A stretch of DNA of 64,000 bases from Octopus sinensis (GCF_006345805.1 NC_043003.1:7936001-8000000); one strand, 5' to 3'; positions 14,022 to 26,071 are shown, counted from the stretch's first letter. Notes: generated from the sequence alone by a model not told the origin. Program-made: numbers and translations.

Positions 14022-14563
14022 GTGTGTGTGTGTATTCGTGTATAAATATATATATATACACATGTTTATATGTTTTGTATATATATATATATAAACTTGG
14101 AGAAGAGAAATAACGCGTGCGTTCGGTCATATAGTAATATAATAAATAAATAAAATATATGCATATATACATACATATATGTACATACTTACATCTACAT
14201 GTATATATACATGCATATTATATATATATAATATATATATATATATTATATATATATATATATATATATGAGTACAGGACACCACAAATAAACGTAGAAC
14301 ACAACGAGAGACGAGAACATAAAATCAAACAAGGAAACGGACTTTTTTTAAACAACGAAAAAACAGAGTGCAGGACAAACAATACATGGAAAATTCCCAT
14401 TCACCAGCTGTCCCTGGTTCCTCTCAAAGTGTGTTTCGAAGGTAAGGACAGAACACAGTCGAAGCAGTCCTTCCTGAAAAAGGAATTAAATAAAATTCTT
14501 TTGCAGAGGGGTTAAAACAAGTGACAAAGACAGGACGTAAAAGCAATACAAATGAAGAAAAAA

Positions 14564-14567
<4 letters not shown>

Positions 14568-14626
<59 letters not shown>

Positions 14627-14696
14627 TGTATATATACATGTAGATGTAAGTATGTACATATATGTATGTATATATGCATATATATATATATATGTG

Positions 14697-14727
<31 letters not shown>

Positions 14728-14934
14728 GTGCATACATATATATGTGTATATATATATATATGTATATACATATATATACATACATACATACATATATTCA
14801 TATTCATATATATATATATGTATACATATATATATATACATATACATATATGCATATATATATAAATCTACAGATACATACATACATACATACATACATA
14901 CATACATACATACATACATACATACATACATACA

Positions 14935-14965
<31 letters not shown>
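14568..14965. repeat. (TA)n/(TACA)n microsatellite block
   Basis: Direct inspection. Confidence 0.95.
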
Positions 14966-15069
14966 GACGATGATAATATATTTCAAAATATTCGGACTCT
15001 GATCAGAATTATGTCCATAGAATTGTAAAAATTTTGATTTAACGGTTTTGACTACATTTACACCGACGA

Positions 15070-15180
15070 TGCGCTGTCTTTTACAAATGGCGTTTACATC
15101 AGTCTTGGTTTTCGATGGCATGACGCAAAATTCGAAGAAATTGAATTAGAAATGTAACAGCTAACAGGTTATAGTAAACG
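15070..15180 (+). pseudogene. Possible PLE RT relic (catalytic motif region)
   Basis: GFDYIYTDDALSFTN...EIELEM resembles PLE FRYIDDVLS...ELE. Confidence 0.3.
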
Positions 15181-16127
15181 AGATATTCTTTCCATAGCAA
15201 GTGCCACTCATTCTTCCACTCATATACCACCAACATAGAAACACATATGCATGTACGTATTTCTTTCTCAACTACATGGTTTCGAGTTCAGTTCCGCTGC
15301 GTGGCACTTTGGCCTAGACTATATAACATCGGGATGACCAAAGCATTGTAGTCGGTGGGCCAAATCCAAAAAGGGCCTTATTTATTGAGTTGGTGCCCCC
15401 CCCCACTGCAACTTTAGTTTGATGGTACCACGTTGTTCCTGGGTCTATGGGGATGACATTTTCACTTGTTGTCATTCGGAAAACCTGTCAGGTAGTTAGG
15501 ACAACATCTTCTTATAAGTAAAGAGGAGTCTCGGGGCTATAAAAAGTGGAAATAGGTTATACACAGGTAAGCATTGGAAATATTTGTCTATTAACGCCCT
15601 AGATGTCACTGAAATGTAGGAAATATACCTCTTTATTATACTCATGGTAATGTTTCATTTTCCATTGCTCAAAATTTGAAAATCTCACCAATTTATCTGA
15701 AAAAAGCCCATTTTAAAAATGTTTATTCACAGTATATTGACTTTCATTCCGATTTTTTGCAATTAATTTAATATTCATTAAGTTAAACAACATAGTGATA
15801 TTTAATGTTTATTTCTACTATTCCATGTCAACACACACATACACACAGATACACACACACACATACAAACATACACACACATACACACACGCATACACAC
15901 CTCAAGCCAAGAAACACAGATGAGGGCAGCAACGGCACACTCACTCATCCACCAAATGTCACATATCATAGCAGGTTTAGTGAAAGTGTAGCAAAGAAAA
16001 CGTCGGTTCCAAGCATGGCGGCAAACTTCGGACTAAAGCTTGAAAAGAAAGTATATACATACATATATAGAGATGCTCTTACAGCGTTTTGCTATGTTTG
16101 ATTCGAGACGATATATATATATATATA

Positions 16128-16258
16128 TCATCATCATCATTTAACGTCCGTTTTCCATGCTAGCATGGGTTGGACGGTTCAACTGGGGTCTGGGGAGCCC
16201 GAAGGCTGCACCAAGCCAGTCAGATCTGGCAGTGTTTCTACAGCTGGATGTCCTACGT
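16128..16258 (-). mobile_element. Probable LINE-derived 3' end with (ATG)n tail
   Basis: CATCATCATCATTTAACGTCCGTTTTCCATGCTAGCATGGG: trinucleotide tail next to a repeat body. Confidence 0.4.
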
Positions 16259-16261
16259 GAT

Positions 16262-16530
16262 CACGTGACCGACCAGACCATCAGATGTTGTTACACATCG
16301 CTGGTCACAACGCGTTCGCCACCCCGCTGGTTAAGCGAGCAGGCCAACAGAGGAAAGAGTGTGAGAAAGAGTGGTGAAAGAGTACAGCAGGGATCACCAC
16401 CCCCTGCCGGAGCCTCGTGGAGCTTTTAGGTGTTTTCGCTCAATAACCACTCACAACGCCCGGTCTGGAATCGAAAACGCGATCCTGCGACCGCGAGTCC
16501 GCTGCCCTAACCCTAGGGCATTGCACCTCC
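16262..16530 (-). mobile_element. Family-C SINE
   Basis: Reverse complement of 33178-33480. Confidence 0.8.
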
Positions 16531-16541
16531 ACACCACACAT

Positions 16542-16672
<131 letters not shown>

Positions 16673-17725
16673 ATAATATAAGAGTAAATAATTTCTATAA
16701 GGTTTTTTAAAAAAACCACAATTATTTACTGGTAGAATTCGGTATGTAAATATAGCCGATTACCGGCAGGAACTTCTGTAAAGTTCAGTATATATATTGT
16801 ATATAAGAAAAAGGGGCAAGCAACAGGTTGCTTGACCGCATACCGAAAAATAGAAATAGCAGTCAAGAAGCTTATTTCTATCAAAGTGGGACTCCGGGCA
16901 CGACAAACCCTGTAATTCACATATGCAAAACAGAAGGAATAGATAACGAAAACGAAGTCTGGTGGTTATCTGCGAACATCATGTTTCTGGATTATAAACA
17001 TATTGAATATATATTTCATATATATTTTTTATATATATTTCATATACATTGCATATATATTTCACATTCTCTTCAGCACAGCTTTCCATTGAAATGAGAT
17101 TATCATAGATTTATCAAATGCTACGTACCTCAAACCTTCTGACCATGCGACATCAAAATATTTGAAGAAAGTGAGCAAAAGCTAAACCTACATAGACGTT
17201 TGAATTCGTAAATCTTCCCTCCAAAATTTTGCCATGCGCACTACAAAAATAGTTCCATAGGAGTAGGAACCCTTTGGTTGTCGTAAGGGAGTGAAAAATC
17301 CAATTAGTAATATAATAATAAGAGTAAATAATTTCTATAAAGGTTTTTAAAAAAAACCACAATTATTTACTGGTAGAATTCGGTATGTAAATATAGCCGA
17401 TTACCGGCAGGAACTTCTGTAAAGTTCAGTATATATATTGAATATAAGAAAAAGGGACAAGCGAACAGGTTGACCGGAGTCCCACTTTGATAGAAATAAG
17501 CATTCTTGACTGCTATTTCTATTTTTTCGGTATGCGGTCAAGCAACCTATATATATATATATATTATATATATACAAAAAGCAATAAAGAATTCAAGTTA
17601 TTTAAATGAATTTACTTGAATATGGTACCTAACTTAGATGCACCAAAAAAAAAACCATACTGTTTTAACAATACAGTAATGTGGGGTGATTATAAGCGAG
17701 AAAGAAGCAACAAGAATGGATAGGT

Positions 17726-17816
17726 TTTTAGTACAATCGTTTCATACAAGGACAGGCTTTATTAAAAGTTGTAAAAATTACAGCATATAAACGTGTCCCG
17801 TACTCATCAGCTAAAA
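17726..17816 (-). ncRNA. Mirror copy of the PLE hammerhead ribozyme
   Basis: Reverse complement of 24789-24878 with the core intact. Confidence 0.88.
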
Positions 17817-19274
17817 TACATGTGAGTTCTCTAGACATCCTAGTGGTTGAGGCTATACTCATGAAGTAATGTAGATAATTAAGTAACATAAATAGATTTC
17901 CAAAGTTCATTAAAGTTCTTTAAAGATGATGTACAGTCTTATCACAGAATTTTAAAAAAGTTCTAATAGCATCACAGAGAAGGTGACCTAATCCATAGAG
18001 CACATATGAATTTCCAGAGATATGATGAGGGATTACATACTCACAGAAGACAAATTTATCCATTGTTAATCACAACGAGGTGGGTCTCAATTCCTGCTTA
18101 TTAGCATTACAGAGAGGGTGAATTAATCCTTTGTATAGATGCACATTTCCAATGGTGTAGATGTAAGTTTCCAGAGAAATGAAGAGGAATTTTATACACA
18201 GGCGATAAATTTATCAATGGTTGAACACAATGAGGTAGGTATCAATTCTTGTTATATGATTAGGTATTTGCCACATTAATCACATTACTGCTATTTACAA
18301 GAGGCTGTAGCTATTTAACTTATAAAGGCTGAAGGGCTTTCTAGAGAGGCCAAGAATAGAAAGGGAAGGGAATAGAAGAAAAGAGAGAAAATAAGGGAGG
18401 AGGGAGCAAAAAAAGGGGGGAAGGGGACTAAAAGAGAAGAGAAAAGGAAAAAGAGAATAAGAAGAAGAAACAGAAAAAAGAGAAAAGAGAAAGAAATAGG
18501 GAAAGAAGGAAAAAAAAAATAAAAATAAAAAAGAGGGTTCTAGTTATCCAGAAGAATTAGTAGACGGCAAGTCTGGTTTTAATTTACAGGCATCTAGGAA
18601 CTAGAGGAGAATATTATTCTTTGGCCAGTAAAACAGTTAATTTATTGCTGTTGAAATCAGCTATGAATTTAAAGAGAATCTAAAGAGATAACACAGTCAG
18701 GGGTTTAGGGGTCAGATGCTAAAATCAAAAGAAAATACATTAGGAAAATCTAAGTATAATCTTATCAAAAAGTCAATAAAACTTACTTATTTAATTTATT
18801 CATTTTATTGTCTTAAGGAGTTGCCGTTATTATTCATACATTGACGGACTACAGGTCAAATCTTAGAAGATCATTTACAAGGTGTTAGGGGATTGTCTAT
18901 CATAATGAAGATAATCATATTATCACCGAGGGGGTAGCCTTATTTATTTAATTTTGAAATAGAATTATGGGGCTATAGTATCTCATTTTATTTTATTAGA
19001 GTTATGCTACTTAAATTAGATTAAGTTAGGAATTAAAATTAAAAGTTACAATTAAGATTTAAAATTAAGAATTTAAAAGATTATGAGTTTGAAATTAGAT
19101 AAAGCCTCAATTAAGCAGCGTATAAGTACTATTCATTTCCCTGTTCTCAAAAAACTGATGCAGATATAATGAAAAAGATAACTGTGGTGTGAGAACTCTT
19201 AGTTATCTACTTAAAGCAGTGCTATACTAGTAGAAATCAAGTTATATCTATCTATCTAGTTACGGATATTCTAA

Positions 19275-20830
19275 TCATTTAAAATATTTTAAAGTCTTCA
19301 ATTTAGCGTGGACACAAACTTGACCTAGTTCGATATGATTATTCAATAAGTTTCTATGTTTCTATGCTTTAGAATTTCATACGTCTCCATGGAGCATAGT
19401 TGGCAACCAACCCTACTATTTTATACGGAATTGCTCTCCTAACTATTTCCCAATTAAGGTTATAATTTTATTATTATTTTGAGTTCCCAGATTTTGTTTG
19501 AAAGTGTGGTGGTACCAGCTTTATGACGTAAGTTAAAAGACGAGATGTGATTTCTAACTCTGGCTAAAAATTAATTGTACATCCAACGTAAAGATATTTG
19601 TTATTCTCCGTGGATATGGTACATTTATAGATTACATTATTTTCCCCACATAGACCAGGTGCCGGGCATTTTGATTTTATTCTACACTTACACACAGGAG
19701 GAGCAACTTCAGGCTTTGGATTATTCTTGGGTAGATGTCTTAGGTTCCTATTATTTTGATTATCATTTCTATAGTTGGTGCTGATATCTAAAGTATTGCT
19801 ATTATTTATTGATCCTTCAGCTCATCATTTAGGTTAAAGTCCTACCATCATTTCTTATATTATTGGTAATGTTACTATTATTGTTAGTCTTTTTTTCCGA
19901 CTGCATATTGCTGTTATAAATATCACTGATATTTTCATTCTCCTTATTTTCTCCCTTAGCCTTATATCTATTATTTCTATTATTAACATTATTACTTCTA
20001 TTAATATCGGCATGTTATTATTACTATTAATGTTAATGTTATTAGTCATTCTGTGGTTACTAATTTCACCTATGTTTTGATAGTTACTATTGTTGTTTTT
20101 ATTGTTGGTAGTATATTATTATAATTGCTATTGGTATTCATGCTGATATTATTATTTTTATTTCTATCTTTCCTGGCTAGTTTAATGTTTTTATTATTAA
20201 TCTTAGCTATTAAAGTGGACATATTTGGGAGGGTTGAATAAGAAATCCTAACTGTTTTCCTAGATATAATTCTATGATATCTATGAGAGATAGGGAAATT
20301 TTTTTCCAGAATTACTTTGAATTTGTTCTGATATCCGATTGTATCGCACAGTTGAAAGGGATATTCAGCCATAATATATCTTTTTTATTAAATTTAGGGT
20401 TCGTAGAATTACTACTATTCATCTCACCGGAGTTATTGTATTTATTACCATTATTTTTATTTTTATTTGTGTGCATCTTAGGTTTATCTACTTCAATATT
20501 ATCCGAGTTACCTATGTTCTGGTCAATGCTTCTATTTGAATTGTTGGCCTGTGCGCTAGATTAGCGTTTACCATTAATTTAATTCTACTTTTATTTCGGG
20601 CTCGGTCTGTATTGCTGCTTACGTGATTACTGATAACTTCATTATTAGGAATACGTGAGTTCCCCTTATCAACGAATGTAATCTTTTGGTTGTATCCAGC
20701 CTTAGTTAACGCCTCATTATAATGCTCAGAATGGGAGTTAAATATATCCTTATTGGATGATAATTTTGAAATTCTTAATGAAATATTTCTTACTAAAGAT
20801 TCTATTATATTTGGGGGATGATTCGATAAT
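19275..20830 (-). pseudogene. Inverted copy of PLE thumb/linker/GIY-YIG coding region
   Basis: Track ORFs 20512-20835, 20070-20372 and 19855-20049 on minus reproduce peptides of the plus copy (NHPPNIIESLVRN; KVILEKNFPISHRYHRII). Confidence 0.9.
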
Positions 20831-21000
20831 TTCAACCCGGTGCAAACATGGAATCCTAGTACCAGCAGATAAAACGGGTAATATGTATAGAGTTGATTAC
20901 GATATTTATAGCAAATTAATTAGGAAGGAACTAAACTCCAAATATAAAATTACGACTAAGAACAATTTGAAAAAGTAAACATGGAAAATGAAAAGAGATC

Positions 21001-22023
21001 ATGGAGAAACTAAATTTAACGGATAGAACGGAGCCACTTAAACCGTGTGAGTCCAGGATCAACCTTAAATACCACAAAAAGAACTTCTTGGAAAACCCTT
21101 CGGTAAGGCTGATCTGTCCAACTAAGTCGGACATTGGCCGACTTAGTAAATCTATCCTGGATAGTGTTCTACCCCAAATAACCCCTCTTCTCCCCTTAAA
21201 CCTATGGCTAAGTACGGATGAAGTTCTAAAATGGTTTAACTCTCTAACTAATACTAGTAGTCTGTCCTTTATTCAGTTCGATATTAATAGTTATTACTCA
21301 AGTATTTCCCCTATCTTACTCAACAAATCACTAATATTTGCCATGAATCGCTCCCTCATATCTAGAGAAGAAATCAATATTGTGCTACTAGCTAGGAAGA
21401 CATTTATAGAATTATGGACTAGAGCAGATACACCTAATTTTTTTGATATACCAATGGGTTCCAGTGATTCGGCTGAGGTAACCAACCTAGTGGGCGCATA
21501 TCTATTAAAATGCATAAGCAAGGATATACCAGAAATACAGGGGGGTCTATATAGGGATGATGCTCTGTTTGTTATCCCTAGTAATAATAAATCTGTCATA
21601 GAAAGGATTAGAAAGAAAATTAATAAGTTCTTTAAGGATTTCAACCTCAGTATAACGTATGAACCGGGCACTAAAATAGTTAACTTCCTAGATATTACGC
21701 TAGACCTTAACTCCAAGCTACATTACCCATTTAGAAAGGAAGGCGAAATCACGAATTACGTAAATAAAATATCGAATCATCCCCCAAATATAATAGAATC
21801 TTTAGTAAGAAATATTTCATTAAGAATTTCAAAATTATCATCCAATAAGGATATATTTAACTCCCATTCTGAGCATTATAATGAGGCGTTAACTAAGGCT
21901 GGATACAACCAAAAGATTACATTCGTTGATAAGGGGAACTCACGTATTCCTAATAATGAAGTTATCAGTAATCACGTAAGCAGCAATACAGACCAAGCCC
22001 GAAATAAAAGTAGAATTAAATAA
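21001..22023 (+). CDS. PLE reverse transcriptase core and thumb (open segment)
   Basis: 340 aa ORF with FDI (first catalytic Asp), PMGSSDSAE and YRDD (21550-21561), which are characteristic of PLE RT. Confidence 0.92.
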   Translation: MEKLNLTDRTEPLKPCESRINLKYHKKNFLENPSVRLICPTKSDIGRLSKSILDSVLPQITPLLPLNLWLSTDEVLKWFNSLTNTSSLSFIQFDINSYYSSISPILLNKSLIFAMNRSLISREEINIVLLARKTFIELWTRADTPNFFDIPMGSSDSAEVTNLVGAYLLKCISKDIPEIQGGLYRDDALFVIPSNNKSVIERIRKKINKFFKDFNLSITYEPGTKIVNFLDITLDLNSKLHYPFRKEGEITNYVNKISNHPPNIIESLVRNISLRISKLSSNKDIFNSHSEHYNEALTKAGYNQKITFVDKGNSRIPNNEVISNHVSSNTDQARNKSRIK

Positions 22024-22926
22024 ATGGTAAACGCTAATCTAGCGCACAGGCCCAACAATTCAAATAGAAGCATTGACCAGAACATAGGTAACTCGGATAA
22101 TATTGAAGTAGATAAACCTAAGATGCACACAAATAAAAATAAAAATAATGGTAATAAATACAATAACTCCGGTGAGATGAATAGTAGTAATTCTACGAAC
22201 CCTAAATTTAATAAAAAAGATATATTATGGCTGAATATCCCTTTCAACTGTGCGATACAATCGGATATACAGAACAAATTCAAAGTAATTGGGAAAAAAA
22301 TTTCCCTATCTCTCATAGATATCATAGAATTATATCTAGGAAAACAGTTAGGATTTCTTATTCAACCCTCCCAAATATGTCCACTTAATAGCTAAGATTA
22401 ATAAAAACATTAAAATAGCCAGGAAAGATAGAAATAAAAATAATAATATCAGCATGAATACCAATAGCAATTATAATAATACTACCAACAATAAAAACAA
22501 CAATAGTAACTATCAAAACATAGGTGAAATTAGTAACCACAGAATGACTAATAACATTAACATTAATAGTAATAATAACAATGCCGATATTAATAGAAGT
22601 AATAATGTTAATAATAGAAATAATAGATATAAGGCTAAGGGAGAAAATAAGGAGAATGAAAATATCAGTGATATTTATAACAGCAATATGCAGTCGGAAA
22701 AAAAGACTAACAATAATAGTAACATTACCAATAATATAAGAAATGATGGTAGGACTTTAAACCTAAATGATGAAGCTGAAGGATCAATAAATAATAGCAA
22801 TACTTTAGATATCAGCACCAACTATAGAAATGATAATCAAAATAATAGGAACCTAAGACATCTACCCAAGAATAATCCAAAGCCTGAAGTTGCTCCTCCT
22901 GTGTGTAAGTGTAGAATAAAATCAAA

Positions 22927-23325
22927 ATGCCGGCACCTGGTCTATGTGGGGAAAATAATGTAATCTATAAATGTACCATATCCACGGAGAATAACAAATA
23001 TCTTTACGTTGGATGTACAATTAATTTTCTAGCCAGAGTTAGAAATCACATCTCGTCTTTTAACTTACGTCATAAAGCTGGTACCACCACACTTTCAAAC
23101 AAAATCTGGGAACTCAAAAATAATAATAAAAATTATAACCTTAATTGGGAAGTAGTTAGGAGAGCAATTCCGTATAAAAATAGTAGGGTTGGTTGCCAAC
23201 TATGCTCCATGGAGACGTATGAAATTCTAAAGCATAGAAAACATAGAAACTTATTGAATAATCATATCGAACTAGGTCAAGTTTGTGTCCACGCTAAATT
23301 GAAGACTTTAAAATATTTTAAATGA
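22927..23325 (+). CDS. GIY-YIG endonuclease domain of the PLE
   Basis: NVIYKC...YLYVGCT...ARVRNHISSF...LSNKIWELK...WEVV...CQLCSMETYEI...LLN..ELGQVCVH. Confidence 0.88.
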   Translation: MPAPGLCGENNVIYKCTISTENNKYLYVGCTINFLARVRNHISSFNLRHKAGTTTLSNKIWELKNNNKNYNLNWEVVRRAIPYKNSRVGCQLCSMETYEILKHRKHRNLLNNHIELGQVCVHAKLKTLKYFK

Positions 23326-24788
23326 TTAGAATATCCGTAACTAGATAGATAGATATAACTTGATTTCTACTAGTATAGCACTGCTTTAAGTAGATAACTA
23401 AGAGTTCTCACACCACAGTTATCTTTTTCATTATATCTGCATCAGTTTTTTTGAGAACAGGGAAATGAATAGTACTTATACGCTGCTTAATTGAGGCTTT
23501 ATCTAATTTCAAACTCATAATCTTTTAAATTCTTAATTTTAAATCTTAATTGTAATTTTTAATTTTAATTCCTAACTTAATCTAATTTAAGTAGCATAAC
23601 TCTAATAAAATAAAATGAGATACTATAGCCCCATAATTCTATTTCAAAATTAAATAATAAGGCTACCCCCTCGGTGATAATATGATTATCTTCATTATGA
23701 TAGACAATCCCCTAACACCTTGTAAATGATCTTCTAAGATTTGACCTGTAGTCCGTCAATGTATGAATAATAACGGCAACTCCTTAAGACAATAAAATGA
23801 ATAAATTAAATAAGTAAGTTTTATTGACTTTTTGATAAGATTATATACTTAGATTTTCCTAATGTATTTTCTTTTGATTTTAGCATCTGACCCCTAAACC
23901 CCTGACTGTGTTATCTCTTTAGATTCTCTTTAAATTCATAGCTGATTTCAACAGCAATAAATTAACTGTTTTACTGGCCAAAGAATAATATTCTCCTCTA
24001 GTTCCTAGATGCCTGTAAATTAAAACCAGACTTGCCGTCTACTAATTCTTCTGGATAACTAGAACCCTCTTTTTTATTTTTATTTTTTTCCCTTCTTTCC
24101 CTATTTCTTTCTCTTTTCTCTTTTTTCTGTTTCTTCTTCTTATTCTCTTTTTCCTTTTCTCTTCTCTTTTAGTCCCCTTCCCCCCCTTTTTTTGCTCCCT
24201 CCTCCCTTATTTTCTCTCTTTTCTTCTATTCCCTTCCCTTTCTATTCTTGGCCTCTCTAGAAAGCCCTTCAGCCTTTATAAGTTAAATAGCTACAGCCTC
24301 TTGTAAATAGCAGTAATGTGATTAATGTGGCAAATACCTAATCATATAACAAGAATTGATACCAACCTCATTGTGTTCAACCATTGATAAATTTATCGCC
24401 TGTGAATATGAAATTCCTCCTCATTTCTCTGGAAACTTACATCTACACCATTGGAAATTGTGCATCTATACAAAGGATTAATTCACCCTCTCTGTAATGC
24501 TAATAAGCAGGAATTGAGACCCACATCGTTGTGATTAACAATGGATAAATTTGTCTCTCTGTGAGTATGTAATCCCTCATCATATCTCTGGAAATTCATA
24601 TGTGCTCTATGGATTAGGTCACCTTCTCTGTGATGCTATTAGAACTTTTTTAAAATTCTGTGATAAGACTGTACATCATCTTTAAAGAACTTTAATGAAC
24701 TTTGGAAATCTATTTATGTTACTTAATTATCTACATTACTTCATGAGTATAGCCTCAACCACTAGGATGTCTAGAGAACTCACATGTA

Positions 24789-24878
24789 TTTTAGCTGATG
24801 AGTACGGGACACGTTTATATGCTGTAATTTTACAACTTTTAATAAAGCCTGTCCTTGTATGAAACGATTGTACTAAAA
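24789..24878 (+). ncRNA. Type I minimal hammerhead ribozyme in PLE 3' UTR
   Basis: TTTTAG-CTGATGA-GTACGGGAC...GTCCTTGTAT-GAAAC-GATT-GTA|CTAAAA. Stem I is 6 bp, stem II is long, stem III ACGATTGT is self-complementary, cleavage triplet GUA. Confidence 0.88.
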
Positions 24879-24929
24879 ACCTATCCATTCTTGTTGCTTC
24901 TTTCTCGCGTATATATATATATATTATTA

Positions 24930-25260
24930 TATATATATATATTCACAAGATCTCTTTTTTATTCTCTCTCTGATGAAGAGCAGAAGCTCGAAGCGTAAAA
25001 TGACTTTCCCACCTTCCCAAGCATTAAACTAATACACCTGATTGTTATTTACACACCTTCGTCTTTTGTTTTTCTGTAAATCTCAACTTCCCTTCCTTGA
25101 ATCTTTACGTTTCCCATCTTTCTGACGAAGAGCTCTGCTCGAAACGTTAAATCTTCCTTCTTTCTTTCCTTTCCTGGGTGTCCAATAACACTATACTTGT
25201 TCCACGTCCTCGCGTTGCTGCATTTTCTCTTTGTGTTTTCATGTTTGGATTAACTTTACA
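24930..25260 (+). mobile_element. Two tandem short HHR-bearing units (family 1 relatives)
   Basis: CTGATGAAGAGCAGAAGCTCGAAGCGTA (24970) and CTGACGAAGAGCTCTGCTCGAAACGTTAAA (25122). Confidence 0.7.
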
Positions 25261-25554
25261 AAAACACACACACACACACATGTATATATAATATATATAT
25301 ATGTGTGTGTGTGTGTGTGTATGTATGGTCAAAAGTCACCACACAGTAAATCGAATCCATTTCATTCCAAGGTTTATTTATGTTTAACAGCTGAATGAAT
25401 TTTAAGAAAAAGCATCTAACCGAAGTCCTTCTTGAGTGACGCATTTTCCCGTTCGTGTCAATGCAGAATTACAGATAGTATTTATGGAATTCTGATTTAC
25501 TGTCGGTTGACTGTTGGCCAACCCTGTATATATAGTATTCTCTTTCTCTTTTAT

Positions 25555-25950
25555 TTCTCTTTTACTTGTTTCAGTCATTTGACTGCGGCCATGCTGGAGC
25601 ACCGCCTTTAATCGAGCAACTCGACCCCGGACTTATTCTTTGTAAGCCCAGTACTTATTCTATCGGTCTCTTTTTTGCCGAACCGCTAAGTGACGGGGAC
25701 GTAAACACACCAGCATCGGTTGTCAAGCAATGCTAGGGGAACAAACACAGACACACAAACAAACACATATATATATATACATATATACGACAGGCTTCTT
25801 TCAGTTTCCGTCTACCAAATCCACTCACAAGGCATTGGTCGGCCCGGGGCTATAGCAGAAGACACTTGCCCAAGATGCCACGCAGTGGGACTGAACCCGG
25901 AACCATGTGGTTGGTTAGCAAGCTATTTACCACACAGCCACTCCTGCGCC
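25555..25950 (-). mobile_element. Family-B SINE
   Basis: Near full length. Confidence 0.85.
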
Positions 25951-26071
25951 TATTGTATAAACAAACTTTGGAAACGACGTATATATTCGTATTTTAAAGA
26001 CAAGAAAGTGAATTTCGAAGGCTATAGAACTGTGAGAACAACAGAGAAAGATTGTGTCTTATAACGGTAAA

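Larger units (their letters stand above)
20833..23325 (+). pseudogene. PLE polyprotein (RT - Asn-rich linker - Cys knuckle - GIY-YIG), 5'-truncated and broken by 1-nt lesions as written
   Basis: Motifs in order: ILVPADKTGN, FIQFDINSYY, FDIPMGSSDSAEV, GLYRDDAL, VNFLDITLDL, ILWLNIPF, CKCRIKSKCP..GLC, VIY...YVGCT, CQLCSME, LLNNHIELGQVCVH. Stop TGA at 23323-23325. Confidence 0.9.
17576..24908. mobile_element. Penelope-like retroelement insertion: inverted 3' copy (minus) joined head-to-head to a 5'-truncated copy (plus)
   Basis: 17696-~20830 is the near-identical reverse complement of ~21768-24908 (e.g. GCGAGAAAGAAGCAACAAG vs CTTGTTGCTTCTTTCTCGC). The unique ~940 bp core encodes RT. (TA)n lies on both outer flanks. 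Confidence 0.93.

Noticed and set aside
14277-14560. Repeat-like segment with possible type II HHR order on minus
   Set aside because: Core and stems are too degenerate in this copy to support.
17040-17085. Minus-strand CTGAAGA-GAATGT-GAAATATATA
   Set aside because: No stem II and poor stem I; likely chance in AT-rich sequence.
17130-17195. Possible minus-strand exon LLLTFFKYFDVAWSEGL with GTACGT donor
   Set aside because: Lies inside a repeat-structured insert; the acceptor is weak and there is no supporting homology.
20274-22325. Antisense ORFs 20274-20564, 21294-21716 and 21972-22325
   Set aside because: Shadow frames of the PLE coding strand, duplicated by the inverted repeat.
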